Shown: positions 1 through 12,345 of the stretch, piece by piece | Numbering within the stretch: position 1 is the stretch's first letter | How the letters are laid out: each line of letters starts with the position of its first letter | Source: Paraspadella gotoi | Lineage: Eukaryota > Animalia > Chaetognatha | Direction of reading: 5' to 3' | Length of the DNA: 64,000 bases | NCBI GenBank assembly: GCA_051294375.1 | Contig: CM119263.1 | Location: 30,740,053-30,804,052 of the forward strand | The notes under the pieces: model-generated | Database searches by the model: none | What the model was told of the DNA's origin: nothing | The model's input: only the letters and a program-made list of their open reading frames with translations | Made by a program: the position numbers and the translations under genes

Positions 1-1274
1 ATTTTCCTCTTCCTCTTTCCTCCCTTACTTCTCACGCTGTTACTTTCAGCCCCTACCTTTTTCTGCCACTCATGCACTTTTCTCACATTTTTTCTCTTCT
101 TCATTCTTTCCCTTTCTTTTCCCCTCTTTTTCTTTCCAATTATCCCTCTTATCTCACTTTACAATTGTTTTACTATTTTTCCCCCATTTGCCTTCTTTTT
201 TTTGCCTTTCGCCCTCTCTTTTATTCTCTCCCCTTCTCTTTTTCTTGTTTTCCATTTCGTCTTCCCTCTCATTATGTTTACTTTGAGACAAATCAAAGAA
301 AAGCTTTTATATGTAATATAAGAAAGGAAATTAACGGTAACGGAGGTTTTTATTTCAATTATGGTTGCCTAGCAAATTTAGTAAATCGACAGAAATCTGT
401 CGATTCTGAGAAAAAAGTCCTGGCGCTTTCCATTGGAATAAAATGATGCGGTTTTGTTTTGTTTTATCAACGTCAGTATGTACCTTATCTTTTAAAATTA
501 ATAAATGTGTTGAAAATTTTCTCTTTATCAAAAATAAATGCAAGTCACAAAAAGTCACAAATTAAAAGTTGTATTTAAAAATTATTTGTGGCTAAACAAA
601 AAAAGTTTTTTTGATAATTTTGTAGGTGTTAAAAGCTTATTCAATAGGCTTTATTTTCTGTTAATTTCAACCAATTTTATTTATTTTTGTTTAACAAATT
701 ATGATAAAGACTGAAACTGCAACTTTTTGACTTGTTAACTTTAAAATTAATTCATAGGCAAACTATAAATGATTTAAGCAAATAAATTTACCCAGGGGTA
801 AAAAAGATAAGAAAGAACGGATTTCCAAAGTAAAAAATTTTTCTCAACTTACCTTGGCATTCAAATCAGAAGTCGTAAGTAAAAATGGACAAATATGGAC
901 ATAATTTTTTTTCCTAAAAGTTGCCAAAATGGTACTCTTTTATCATTAGAAACGGATGGAGATGTTTCTAACCAATCCTTCGTTAGGCCAAATTTGTGTT
1001 GTGGTACAAAGTTAATCAACATTGTAAGTAACAACTGAACAATATTGGAAAGAGTCGTTTTTTTCCTAAATGCAACGTTTATACGCGGAACCCTTTACAT
1101 TCTATAGAAATTTGCTCTTCTGTCTGCACCCACTAAATCTTCACTTGCATTGCTTTACACAAAATAGCAAATTTTATGTTTTATTCTTAATAAACCAGAT
1201 GGCTGTACAAACAAAGGAGTATTTTTAAAAACAAAATAGCAATAAAATCTAGTAATAAAATTAGTAATAAAATA

Positions 1275-2397
1275 ACAAGTTTGAACCTGTCGAACCTGCC
1301 CACAATCATTAGCGGTAATTAATTAATCAATAAATTAATTAATTAATTTGATCCGAAATGTTTGTTTTTGGGTCTTTTCGTCACTGACCATGACAAAAGC
1401 AACGACAACGATGATGGTGACGATGACAATACTGCCGATAATGGTTAACTTGATTGATTGATTGATTAAATAATAGATAAATAAATTGATTGATTGAATA
1501 ATTAATTGATTGATTAATTGACCGACCATACCAGTTGAAAGAATGATGCAAGTTGAAAGAATGATGCAAGTTGAAAGAATGATGAAAGTTGGAAGTTGAA
1601 AAAAAATGATGCAAGTTAAAAAAATTATGCAAGTAAAAAAAGTGATGCAAGTTAAAAAAATTATGCAAGTAAAAAAAATGATGCAAGTTAAAAAATGATG
1701 CAAGTTAAAAAAATTATGCAAGTTAAAAAAATTATGCAAGTTAATAAAAGTATGCTAGTTGAAAAAATTATGCAAGTTGAAAAAACTAAGCAAGTTGAAA
1801 AAATTATGCAAGTGAAAAAAATGGAGCTAGATGAAAAAATGATGCAAGTTGAAAAAAATGATGCAAGTTAAAAAAATTATGCAAGTTAAAAAAATTATGC
1901 AAGTTGAAAAAAATGATGCAAGTTGAAAAAAATGATGCAAGTTGAAAAAAAAGGTGCAAGTTGAAAAAAATGATGCAAGTTGAAAAAATTATGCAAGTGA
2001 AAAAAATGATGCAAGTTGAAAAAACTATGCAGGTTGAAAAAATTATGCAAGTTGAAAAAATTATGCAAGTTGAAAAAATTATTCAAGTGAAAAAAATGAT
2101 GCAAATTTAAAAAATGATGCGAGTTAAAAAAATGATGCAAGTTGAAAAAAGTATGCAAGTTAAAAAAAGTATGCAATTTAAAAAACGATGCAAGTTGAAA
2201 AAAGATGCAAATTGAAAAATTGATGCAAGTTGAAAAAATGATGCGAGTAAAAAAAATGATGCAAATAGAAAAAATAATATTATTTAAAAAAATATTTGTA
2301 CTTTATTATTTTATTTTATTTATTTATTTATGTATTTATTTAGCTGATTACCGCTTAATTATCGTAGGCAGATCCGACATTGTTTGCTCAAACTTGT
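1275..2397. mobile_element. Helentron/DINE-1-like (HINE) repeat segments
   Basis: Family terminus GCAGATCCGACATTGTTTGCTCAAACTTGT at ~2368-2397 with a degenerate inverted copy at ~1275-1300; the same terminus recurs at ~3237, 5205, 13888, 15206, 44302 and 61994. Confidence 0.6.
1534..2270. repeat. ~18-bp minisatellite (TGCAAGTTGAAAAAATGA/TTA)n
   Basis: Directly visible tandem array; it generates the spurious His/Phe/Leu-rich ORFs in the track. Confidence 0.95.
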
Positions 2398-3154
2398 TAT
2401 TTTTATATTAAATGTAAATACAAGATTCTTTAAACTTCATCACAAGCACAGGGAGTATAATGAGTACAAGGTTTATTTTTAATATGAGATGCTTGGATGC
2501 TTGGAATCTTGTCTTCCACACCAAGGACATTACAAAATAGCAGAAGGGGGGGACAACCCTTTCTGGGTTCTTTGTTTGAGTAGTAGTAGTCGATTTTCAC
2601 TTTCTGACCTTTCTCTCTCTCTCTCTTTCTCTCTCCCCTTATTTAATTGTTGATTGTTATTTTTCTTTTTAGTTTTTACTGTTTACCACTCATGATGGCA
2701 TAGAAATTTATGCCGAAATATTTGGAAAAATAAAACTTTTGTTGGAGCACAGTATTCTCATATTGAAAATAAACCTTGTACTAAATGCAAGATGTATTAA
2801 TTAATCAAATAATTAATCAGTTAATTAATCAATAATTAATCAGTCAATTAATCAATCAATAAATTATTTATCTATTAATTAATTATACAATCATCAATTT
2901 ATTTATCAATTAATTAATTATTTAATTAATCAATCAATCAAGTCAATCGTTATTAGCATTATTGTCGTCGTCGCCATCATCATCGTCATTGCTTTTGTCG
3001 TTAATTAATTTATTAATTAACTACCGCTATTGATCGTGTGAGTGGAAATGAGTTTAAATGGAATTTACTTGAAGCATTTTTACTTATATTTACTCATAAT
3101 TATTTAGAGATGAAACGAAAAATTCGTTGTAATAGCAATTTTATTTTTATTAAT

Positions 3155-3196
3155 GTACATGTTTCGACTCTTAGTTTTTGCGAGTCTTCATCAGCA
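3155..3196 (-). ncRNA. Minimal type I hammerhead ribozyme (Penelope-like repeat)
   Basis: Minus strand reads CTGATGA-AGACTC..GAGTC-GAAA-CATG-TA, followed by AATAAAA. Confidence 0.7.
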
Positions 3197-3744
3197 TTTA
3201 CTCATAATTATTATATTTATTGAAATTTGGATAGAATAAGTTTGAGCAAACAATGTCGGATCTGCCCACGATCATTATCGGTAATTAATAATTAAATTAT
3301 TCAAGTTATTTAATTAATGAATAAAATAAAAGTGTGCGATCATAGTAAGTTAAAAATTTAGATATGGTTTCTCATCTTGAAATTTAAATTTGGATTCAAG
3401 TATTTTTTGTTTGAATTTCCACTTCATTATGATTTACTGCAATATGCAAATGAGATTATAGTATATATATATATCCAAATTATTAAATAGAAATGCTTTA
3501 ATCTAATTTACATATTGCAGTAAATAATATTGAAGATTAAATTCATAAACAAATCTTTGAATCAATAAAAAACATATGAAAAGACCTTTTTAATGAGAAG
3601 CTATATCTTAATTTTAATACAAATAAAAATAAAATCTTTTACAAGCTATGATTGGAAAAAATTGTAAAAATTTCCAATTGTAAACAATTGTAACATTTTT
3701 TTCCTTTCTTTTATTTCTTTAAATATATATATATATATATATAT

Positions 3745-4852
3745 AAAGACACTAACGTTTAAAAGACTGGAAAACAAGTAAAACTAAACTACATATTGAA
3801 ATTCAATAAAAACAAAAGACATAACGTTTAAAATCATTAATAAATGTTATGAACTAATTCATAAGAAACTATTAAAAATAACATTCAAGAACGTTCAAGG
3901 ATCAAATGTAAAAATCATAAAAATAGGAATTTTTTTTTTTTAATACCAAAATAGGAATTTTTTTAATTTTTTATTAATACCAAAAACAGTATTGACAAAA
4001 TCAAAAACAGTATCAGTGTAAAAAACTAGAAAGCAGTAAACAAGTAAAACTAAACTATTAAATTCAACAGAAACAAAAGACACTAACGTTTAAATTGACT
4101 CATAAATAAAATGTTATGAATTCATAAGAAAAATCTATATATATATAGATAAAAACTAAACTACATATTGAAATTCAATAAAAACAAAAGACACTAACGT
4201 TTAAAATCATTAATAAATGTTATGAACTAATTCATAAGAAACTATTAAAAATAACGTTCAAGAACGTTCAAGGATCAATGTAAAAATCATAAAAATAGGA
4301 ATTTTTTTTTAATACCAAAATAGGAATTTTTTTTTTTTTTATTATACCAAAAACAGTATTGACAAAATCAAAACAGTATCAGTGTAAAAAACTAGAAAGC
4401 AGTAAACAAGTAAAACTAAACTATTAAAATTCAACAGAAACAAAAGACACTAACGTTTAAATTGACTCATAAATAAAATGTTATGAATTCATAAGAAAAA
4501 TCTATATATATATAGATAAAAACTAAACTACATATTGAAATTCAATAAAAACAAAAGACACTAACTTTAAAATCATTAATAAATGTTATGAACTAATTCA
4601 TAAGAAACTATTAAAAATAACGTTCAAGAACGTTCAAGGATCAAATGTAAAAATCATAAAAATAGGAATTTTTTTTTTAATACCAAAATAGGAATTTTTT
4701 TTATTTTTTTATTAATACCAAAAACAGTATTGACAAAATCAAAAACAGTATCAGTGTAAAAAACTATGAATTCATAACATTTTATTTATGAGTCAATTTA
4801 AACGTTAGTGTCTTTTGTTTCTGTTGAATTTTAATAGTTTAGTTTTACTTGT
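3745..4852. repeat. ~370-bp tandem repeat (~2.7 copies) ending in an inverted fold-back segment
   Basis: Units start at ~3780, 4151 and 4518; 4766-4852 is the reverse complement of ~4040-4125. Confidence 0.85.
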
Positions 4853-4975
4853 AGCACCCCGTCCCTCTGCCAGACGACCACCAGGCTAGAACCCCGGACC
4901 TTTGGGTTGGGAGGTGAATGACTTGCCTCCGGCACCAATGGCCGCTGATGAACGGTTGGTGGATTTTAGTCCACA
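4853..4975 (-). mobile_element. tRNA-derived SINE-like repeat, partial copy
   Basis: Matches the ~26330-26562 and ~39650-39870 copies; tRNA-like head on the minus strand. Confidence 0.7.
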
Positions 4976-5854
4976 TACCAGTTGATTTAATCATGCAAGT
5001 TGATTAAATTATGAAAGTTGACCAAATTATGCAAGTTGGTATTGGCACAGCTACTGGTAATGATTGATAGATCAATTGATTCATAGATTTGTTCATAGAT
5101 TTATTAAGAAGTCTGTTATAATTTGTTATAATCACAAATTGAGAGTCAAAAAAATTACCATGATTTATCATCGGATTAGCTTATTACCGCTTAATTATCG
5201 TAGGCAGATCCGACATTGTTTGCTCAAACTTGTTTTTGCCTAATAATATAAGTGAATGCAGACCGACGAACCGAGATAAGCTGATAAGCAGATCCGACTA
5301 AAAAATTTAGCAATAAAAAAAGTACATCCACCAGAGGTTTTAATATTTTTTTTGAAACAAAAGAACATTCCTACTAAAAGAAGGAAGCTTTTTGTAAGAC
5401 AAAGGAGCATTTATAATAAATTGTAGCTGTACCAACTAGATCTTTACTTGCACCTGCTCGTCAAAAAAAAACAATTATTTCTATAAATTTTTATCATCTT
5501 AAATCTTTTAAAAATTATTTTTTGGATATTTTTTAACAATTTTTTTTCTATTTTATTCTATTTTTTATTCTATATTTTGATAAAAGCATTTTAATCATAT
5601 AACATACTTCAAAACAAAAATAATATTGATTTGATTTATAAAATATTATTGCAAGTACCAAAATGATATTAGTGCCACAGTAACAATTCAGTTTAAGCCC
5701 TTTAAAGTGATTTACATGTATTGGCGCAGCAACTTGTTTTACTTTCGTCAACCGGGGTTTTGGCGTCTTTTGCAAAATTACTTAAAAATATTTTTTAAAA
5801 GATAATAAAAATTATTATCTCATTGCTCTAATACCCTCTAATGCCCTTTTGACC

Positions 5855-5910
5855 ATAACCACCCCTTACCCTAAACCACCCTTATCCCTAACCCTTAACC
5901 CTTAACCCGG
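5855..5910. repeat. Degenerate (CCCTAA)n telomere-like tract
   Basis: ACCCTAAACC..ATCCCTAACCCTTAACCCTTAACCC; similar tracts at ~8563-8662 and ~28700-28812. Confidence 0.55.
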
Positions 5911-6225
5911 GTCGGCGAAAATAAAATTAAACCAATAATTTTTAGAAAACGACTGCATGCGGTCACTTGTTTTAAATGCTTACGACCAAATCATCCCGCA
6001 TGCCATGTTTTACGGCTCTTGGAATTGCCCATATTCTTGTGGTAAGAATTTAATGAAAAAAGGCATTGATGGCTTAAGTTGTAATCATGGCTTAAAACCA
6101 GGTCCCAAATTACCCTATTATTGATGTACTGCATTGATACACCTGAAGGACCCGCATTGTTTATGGATTTCTGGACGCAAGAAGAACTTAACGATTTTTT
6201 TAAGGTATTGTATTCGAATGCTTGG

Positions 6226-7196
6226 TAGAGCGTTGAAAAATAACAAAATAACAAATCAAGTGAGGTACATAGCTATTTTAGTATAATGTAGTCTGTAGAA
6301 TTCGATGGTGATGACCATTTTTTTGTATAATTTTATCTTTCTTGTCGGAAATGACGGTTTTTAATGTATATAAAATTGTTAGAAAATAGCAAAACCATTA
6401 TAAGTTATGATAAATCATATTATTAAAATTTTATAAAATTTATATGAGCTTTTGAAATATAAAAATAAAGACTTATAAAAATATTTTGGTAAGTTTATTT
6501 CTAAATTTTATGTTTTATAAAAAGCGAGTTAACTATATTTATTAATAATTATGAGTAAAAATTGGGCTAAAGTTAAAAAATAATAATTTCAAAATTTTTT
6601 TCATGGATTTGCATTCTTTGCAAAAAGTTGATATAAAAAAATATAATTTTTATATCAAAATTATGTCATTAAGTTGGTCAAAATTCAGAAAAACTATAAT
6701 TTTAAGCCAAAAATTGAAAAATTAAACAAAAATAATAAATTTTAATATTTTTAACCTACTTAATGAAAGAATGTTTTTAAATGGATTATACTTTCTTATA
6801 TCAACTTTTTGTAAGGAATTCAAATCCGGTTTTAAAATTGTAAAATTTTTATTTTTTTACTTTAGCTTATTTTTTATTATTATTTATTAATAAATATAGC
6901 TCACAAACTATTAATAAAATATAAAATTTGTAAATAAACTTACCAAAATATTTATATTGGTCTTTATTTTCATATTATGTAAGTTAAATATGGCTTTTAT
7001 AAAATCTTAATAATTTGAGTTTCTTATACTTTACAATGTTTGCTCCATATATGCTGCAAAAATCGCCATTTCCGACAAAGAAGATGAGACTATACAAAAA
7101 AATGGTTATCATCATCGAATTCTACAGACTTTATTACACTAAAATAACTATTTACCTCACTTGATTTGTTATATTTCGTTATTTTTCAACGCCCTA
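6226..7196. mobile_element. hAT-type fold-back MITE with 8-bp TSD
   Basis: Termini TAGAGCGTTGAAAAATAAC / GTTATTTTTCAACGCCCTA; perfect TSD ATGCTTGG at 6218-6225 and 7197-7204; imperfect inverted symmetry continues through most of the element. Confidence 0.9.
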
Positions 7197-8562
7197 ATGC
7201 TTGGGCAGAGTTGCCTTTACTGGTCAGTGGTCACTTATGACCACGGGCTTGAGAAATCCTTTTTAACAGTAATATCGACACAATTTTGCTTTTTCTTGTT
7301 GTTATTCTTAATAGATTGTACCAGCACCAAATGGAACTTTATATTGGAATGGAAATCTAAATCCGGACGTTATAAAGCCAAAATTTATTGCAAAGACCCT
7401 TAATATTCCAAACAGAGTTTACTATCATGTGAGAAAACAAGGTCGCGACTGACCATACGCCATGGGCTAATTTGCTGCAAGGAGATCCACGGTTATCGAC
7501 CTCAAAAGAATTGAGTGGCCTCCCTTAATTAAAAATTCAAAGTGTTCAGCCCCCCAGGAGTAAGGCAAAGTTGGTAAGGTCCAGACGAATATCTGTAACT
7601 TTCTTGCTCTTTTTTGTCGGCAAATTAAGAGAAATATTGCCTTTCGGATTGTCATCTATTTCTCCCGATCATTTGGGATTCGACGTTTGAAAAGGACTCC
7701 TCAGACTAATTAAACGTTTGGACGTCTTCCATGCTTTTCATACCCCGTGAGCCAAATCCGATGATACGAAAGAAACCACTGCCTACTTTACTGAGTTGAG
7801 ATACTTAAGTTTAAATGATAAATAACTACTTGATGTTTTTTTTTGGGTATACATTCTATTTTAATCAATTATCATTAACAACTTAAAATCTATTTTTTCA
7901 CAAAGATGGTAAAATCGCCAAATTGTCAGCGAATCGTATTTGTTAAAGATCGAGTGCAATGAACAATTTTGTATTAAGCTTGATCCTCATCCTCCTCTTC
8001 CCATCCCTCTCCCGAGGAGCCGTCCCTTTTTAGTCGTCTTCGCGGGCCACGAGTTCTACTAACTTTTAACTAGTTTTTAAGGCAGTGTTACAGATATATA
8101 TTGGTTTTTTTTTTTTGCCCACTATTAAGTCCATAAACCTTTTGGTTTCTGAGAGAGTGATGCTCCAGCCTTTATTCGAATAATTCTAGCTGGCTAAGAC
8201 TGCTTTTTTGTGCCAAAAGATTATTGGCAAGACGAAGATGTCTATTCACTGCCTATAATTAGCTTGTCCTATATTGAGAAACAAAGAGAGAGGAGTGCTT
8301 ATGGTAAGACTAAAAATTGGTAGTTTAAGCTCGATAAAGTGACCAGTGAATCACAGCATCCGCTGCATAAAAGTTTTTTACCTTAATTTTTCAAGAAAGA
8401 TCTGTTTGAGAAGAGGGGATATTCCGGCAAAATGCTCTTCGATGCCCCTTGCCGTCTGACGGAGCAGCGAATCTCTCTCTCTCTCTCTCTGGGTGGATGA
8501 CTCAGAATCAGGATCGGGATCGATAAAAACGACGATAATTTGAACTATGGATTAATTGTTTT

Positions 8563-8662
8563 GGGTTTCGGTTAGGGATAAGGTTAATTTAGGGGATAGA
8601 TATTAGGGTTAGAGATTAGGGTTAGGGATATAGGTTAGGGATTTAGGTTAGGGACTAGGGTT
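8563..8662. repeat. Degenerate (TTAGGG)n tract, probably internal to a DNA transposon
   Basis: Multiple TTAGGG/TTAGG units are directly visible. Confidence 0.65.
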
Positions 8663-10503
8663 GTCTTTCCCTACGCGACTTTTACAACAAAAAAATTCTA
8701 GCTTGCTGGGTGACTCATTGGTCAGGATCGAGATCGACAATAACGACAACTATAATTTAAACGATGGAGGAAGCAGTTGCGACGGTGAGAGCGACGACAA
8801 AAGGAGTGATGCATAAAGCGACGATGGAAGCAGCAAAAAGATAAGTTTTGTGCACGTTTTTGTCTGCTGCTTCAGGAGCCGCAGCAAGGGAGCATCGATG
8901 TAAAAAAGTGCCGATATTCCTTAGCTATCCTGAGGTTCCAACATGTTGGCTGATTTAGAACTAGAAAGGTTTGTAAGCAGAAACTGAAGTTGTTATGAGC
9001 ATTCGACTTTTGTAATGATAAAAAATTAGAGCTGCTTTTAGACAAGGTTTTTTCTCGCGATGCCAAGTTTTTTGTACTGGTTTTGTTAGCATTTTGAGAA
9101 TGTTTTAAAGCGTTTTTAAGCAATGTTTTTAACTTTTTAAAAACTTCAATGAATTTTCTTTCAATTGGTGTTATAAATTTTTCTTATTGGCATATAGTTG
9201 AGGATGAGAAAATTGAGCATCGTTACTAAACTATTTAGTATTTTTAAATTAATTTGGTATCGATTGATAGGAAATGCAAAATTTCATCAAAATCGGATAA
9301 TCCGTTCAAAAGTTATGGCAAAAAAACGATCGCGAAAATCGCGCTTCAAATCAAAATCGTCATTTCACAATGGTCACTTTACAATGATCACTTCACAATC
9401 TGAATTGACAACGTCAGAAAAATTTGTATGGGAGAGGTAAAAAAACAAATTAACAGGAATTTTCTAACAAATAAAATATCGGTCATAACAAACAGATACA
9501 ATTATTTCTTTGAGGTCGGCACCCATGGATCTTTTTTATTAGGTACCCCTTATACTTTATAATATTGGTTTCACTATATAGGCAAGTAAAAATTAAATCC
9601 GCCCATCTGTCCGGCGTGGAGTCCTCTACAAAATACTCATTACTGTATATAAACTGTTATTATAAAACCTCTTTGCCCACCTTGATCATTAGAGTGGAAC
9701 TCTACTTTTAATACAGTAATTTTTTTAAAACGCCTTTTTTTATTTTCAATTCCCTATGTTTTTTCGGCAGATAAAAAATAAAAATTTTGGCGAACACTTT
9801 CGATCCCTATATTCAGGGAGGTCTAGCTCTAAAGGGATTAACTTCTAGTGCTTAGAGCACAAAAATGGTTTATGAAAGAAGAAAAGCGAGATTATATTTA
9901 AAAACTAAGCTAATTTCTCTTTCGATCAATAACAAAAATGTTTGAAAAACAAGGAACGGTTATTACAAGGTGTTGCACCGCATTACTTTATTTTATCATG
10001 TCATTTATTTCTTATAGTGTTCTTCAAAAACAAAAGGCGGCGCCAGTAATCACTTAGATTTTATTTTTAACAAATCAGCAACAAACTATAGGCAAGTTAT
10101 AAACGTTTTTATCATAAGTGGGACAGACCAATGGACAGACATACCGACGGACCGACAGACCAAAGGACCAAAAAGTTACTTATAGAGTTGCTCCGCGAGT
10201 ACTCTTGGCGCAACTAAAAATCAAAGAGCAACTTCTGTAATGGATGCTTTTTGCATGTCATATATTTTTGCGCCGTTCCTTTACAAAATTTGGTAAAATG
10301 TTTGCGAAAATCAGGATGAAGCATGACTCCTGACTCTTGACCGCGTGGTTTTTCTGACTGCAATCCTCCTGATTAATGAAAATGTATGACAGAGTAGCGG
10401 AATGTAGTAATGTAGTAGTATAGCAGAATTCCCAATGGGCAAGATTGCAAAAACATGCGCCGCCTTCTCTGGACACTTGGAGAAGTTCAAGGTTGCTGAA
10501 AAA

Positions 10504-11117
10504 TAAGGCGTAGTGAAAGTTACATACGAAAATTCTAAAAGTCAATTATGAACAACATACCATCAGTGAACATTAATTTGTAAAAATAAATAATTTTATG
10601 TTTTTTTAATTTTTGCAGTAGGCTATATTTATATATAGTACTATCCTTATAAAATCGAAAAATTTTAAAATATGCTTTTCTTAATTTTGATTACAGATTT
10701 GAATTCCTCATCAAGAGTTGATAAAAGTAAATATAAATCATTTTAAAAAATTCTTTCATTAAGTGGGTTAAAAATTTAAAAAACTATATTTAGTATATAA
10801 AAAGTTAATTTTCAGCTTAAAATATAGTTTTTTTTAAATTTTTGACGCACTTAATGAAGGAATTTTTCAAAAAGAGTTATATTTCTTTTTATCAACTTTT
10901 TATGACAAATCCAAATCTGCAAAAAAATCTTAGAAAAAACTGTTTTGAAATTTCAACATTTATTGGTTTAGTACTAGTATAAATATGGCCTACTGCATAA
11001 ATTGTAAAATTTATTATAAATTCTTTTATCACATAAATGTTCATTAGTATAATATTGTTCGTTCCTCACTTTTAGAATTTTAATTAAAGTTAAATTTAAA
11101 AATTTTACTACGCCTTA
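10504..11117. mobile_element. hAT-type fold-back MITE with 8-bp TSD, related to 6226-7196
   Basis: Termini TAAGGCGTAGTGAAA / AATTTTACTACGCCTTA; TSD CTGAAAAA (10496-10503) vs CTGAAGAA (11118-11125); internal palindromic arms share motifs with the 6226 element. Confidence 0.85.
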
Positions 11118-11964
11118 CTGAAGAATTATTTTAATAGATTGTGTTATCATCACAATTTTTTATACATGTTATGGCAACAGCCGGGTTGCCTCTGAAGCCC
11201 ATTGGGATGGTGCATCTCACTGTTGGCTTCCGACCCTCAGTGGTGCCACCTGCCACTAGCGCCACCTGCCACTGGCGCGGTTACCAGAGGACGGTCTCGC
11301 TTTGCCAAAGCAGAGGGAATTCGTTAGGACTGTAAATGGACCATAAAGCTGGGATGGTGCGTTCCCCCTCTGAGTCAATGGGATTGGCTGAACGATGGTG
11401 GATGTGAGGCGGTTTGAATATACCGACACAAGGTACCAATTTTCATATTACTCTTTTATTTATCCGTCTAAACGATTTTTTAATTCAGTCCCAAAAGAGC
11501 TGGACCTCCCTGTATTATTCATAATATTCATATTCAGTCAAACATTTTATCATTTAGCAGGAAAAATAAAAAAATTATAAAACAGGAAATTTGTTTATTA
11601 CAGATCTGTTTAAAAAAAAAGTTTAATAGTAATGATAAAAGCATTTTATTTCATTATTTGAAGGAAAATAATACTTTTGAGGACTCAGTTAATACGTTGT
11701 CAGACCACTATTTTCTTCCAGCACCACCTCCCTGCAATGAGGGAGAGAGTTGTAGGGACTGCACAAATATGAAAGGTTCAGCTCCCCAAATTCATTTTAA
11801 AATTTTTTTAGATTTTGTTGACTGTTATGGCGTTATACTGCAAAATATCCCTTTTCATCCTTGACCAAACATTTTTGATGAAGTTGCAGTCAGGTAAGTT
11901 TTCGGATCAACTTTGAGCACCTCGATCCCATTTTCCTCATGACATTTTTAAGTGGTTTTAGCTT

Positions 11965-12033
11965 TAGCTCAGTCGGTAGAGCTCAGGACTCTTAATCCTT
12001 GGGTCGTGGGTTCGAGCCCCACATTGGGCGCCA
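11965..12033 (+). pseudogene. tRNA-Lys(CTT) copy lacking the 5' acceptor strand and ending in encoded CCA
   Basis: TAGCTCAGTCGGTAGAGC..GACTCTTAATC..GGTCGTGGGTTCGAGCCCCACATTGGGCG-CCA matches eukaryotic tRNA-Lys(CUU); the upstream 7 nt (TTAGCTT) cannot pair with ATTGGGC. Confidence 0.85.
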
Positions 12034-12036
12034 CTC

Positions 12037-12345
12037 TGAAAAGGTATCCTAACCGGAAGTAAAGTCACGAGAATGCGGGAAAATATATATTGACGGCAGG
12101 AAAATCTATACGGCGACAATCATGAGGGTAAAAAAGGGAGAGAAACGAGTAGAAGAAAAGAGAAAGGTGAACTGAATCTCGTAAACGCGGCCCCGAATCC
12201 CTGGGAGGAGGATGAAGAGGAGGTGAATGAAAAGGAGGGGGTAATAGACCCGCGTCTGTCTATCACCTTATATACTGCTTTGTATCCAAGAGCTCTATCC
12301 TCCATTAAAAGCCGCCCATTCACTGTTAAACGACTGGCAATACTT
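12037..12345 (-). mobile_element. LTR-like segment directly upstream (minus strand) of the tRNA-Lys complement
   Basis: Minus strand: TATATAA (12268-12274), pyrimidine-rich body, ..TTTTCA-GAG-TGGCGCCCAATGTGGGG. 5' boundary uncertain. Confidence 0.55.

Larger units (their letters stand above)
1100..5730. mobile_element. Dispersed non-autonomous repeat split by ~4 kb of nested insertions (second copy ~40350-41790)
   Basis: 1100-1270 matches ~40365-40440 plus 41267-41330; 5305-5730 matches ~41325-41790 (e.g. GTGCCACAGTAACA..TTTAAGCCCTTTAAAGTGATTTACATGTATT). Boundaries approximate. Confidence 0.65.

Noticed and set aside
1335-2411. His/Phe/Cys-repeat proteins from the ORF track
   Set aside because: They are translations of an 18-bp minisatellite.
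8563-8662. True telomere or chromosome-fusion site
   Set aside because: It is short, highly degenerate and recurs at several interstitial places, which is typical of transposon-internal tracts.
11958-12033. Functional tRNA-Lys gene
   Set aside because: The 5' acceptor strand is missing, CCA is encoded, there is no oligo-T terminator, and it lies inside a transposon.
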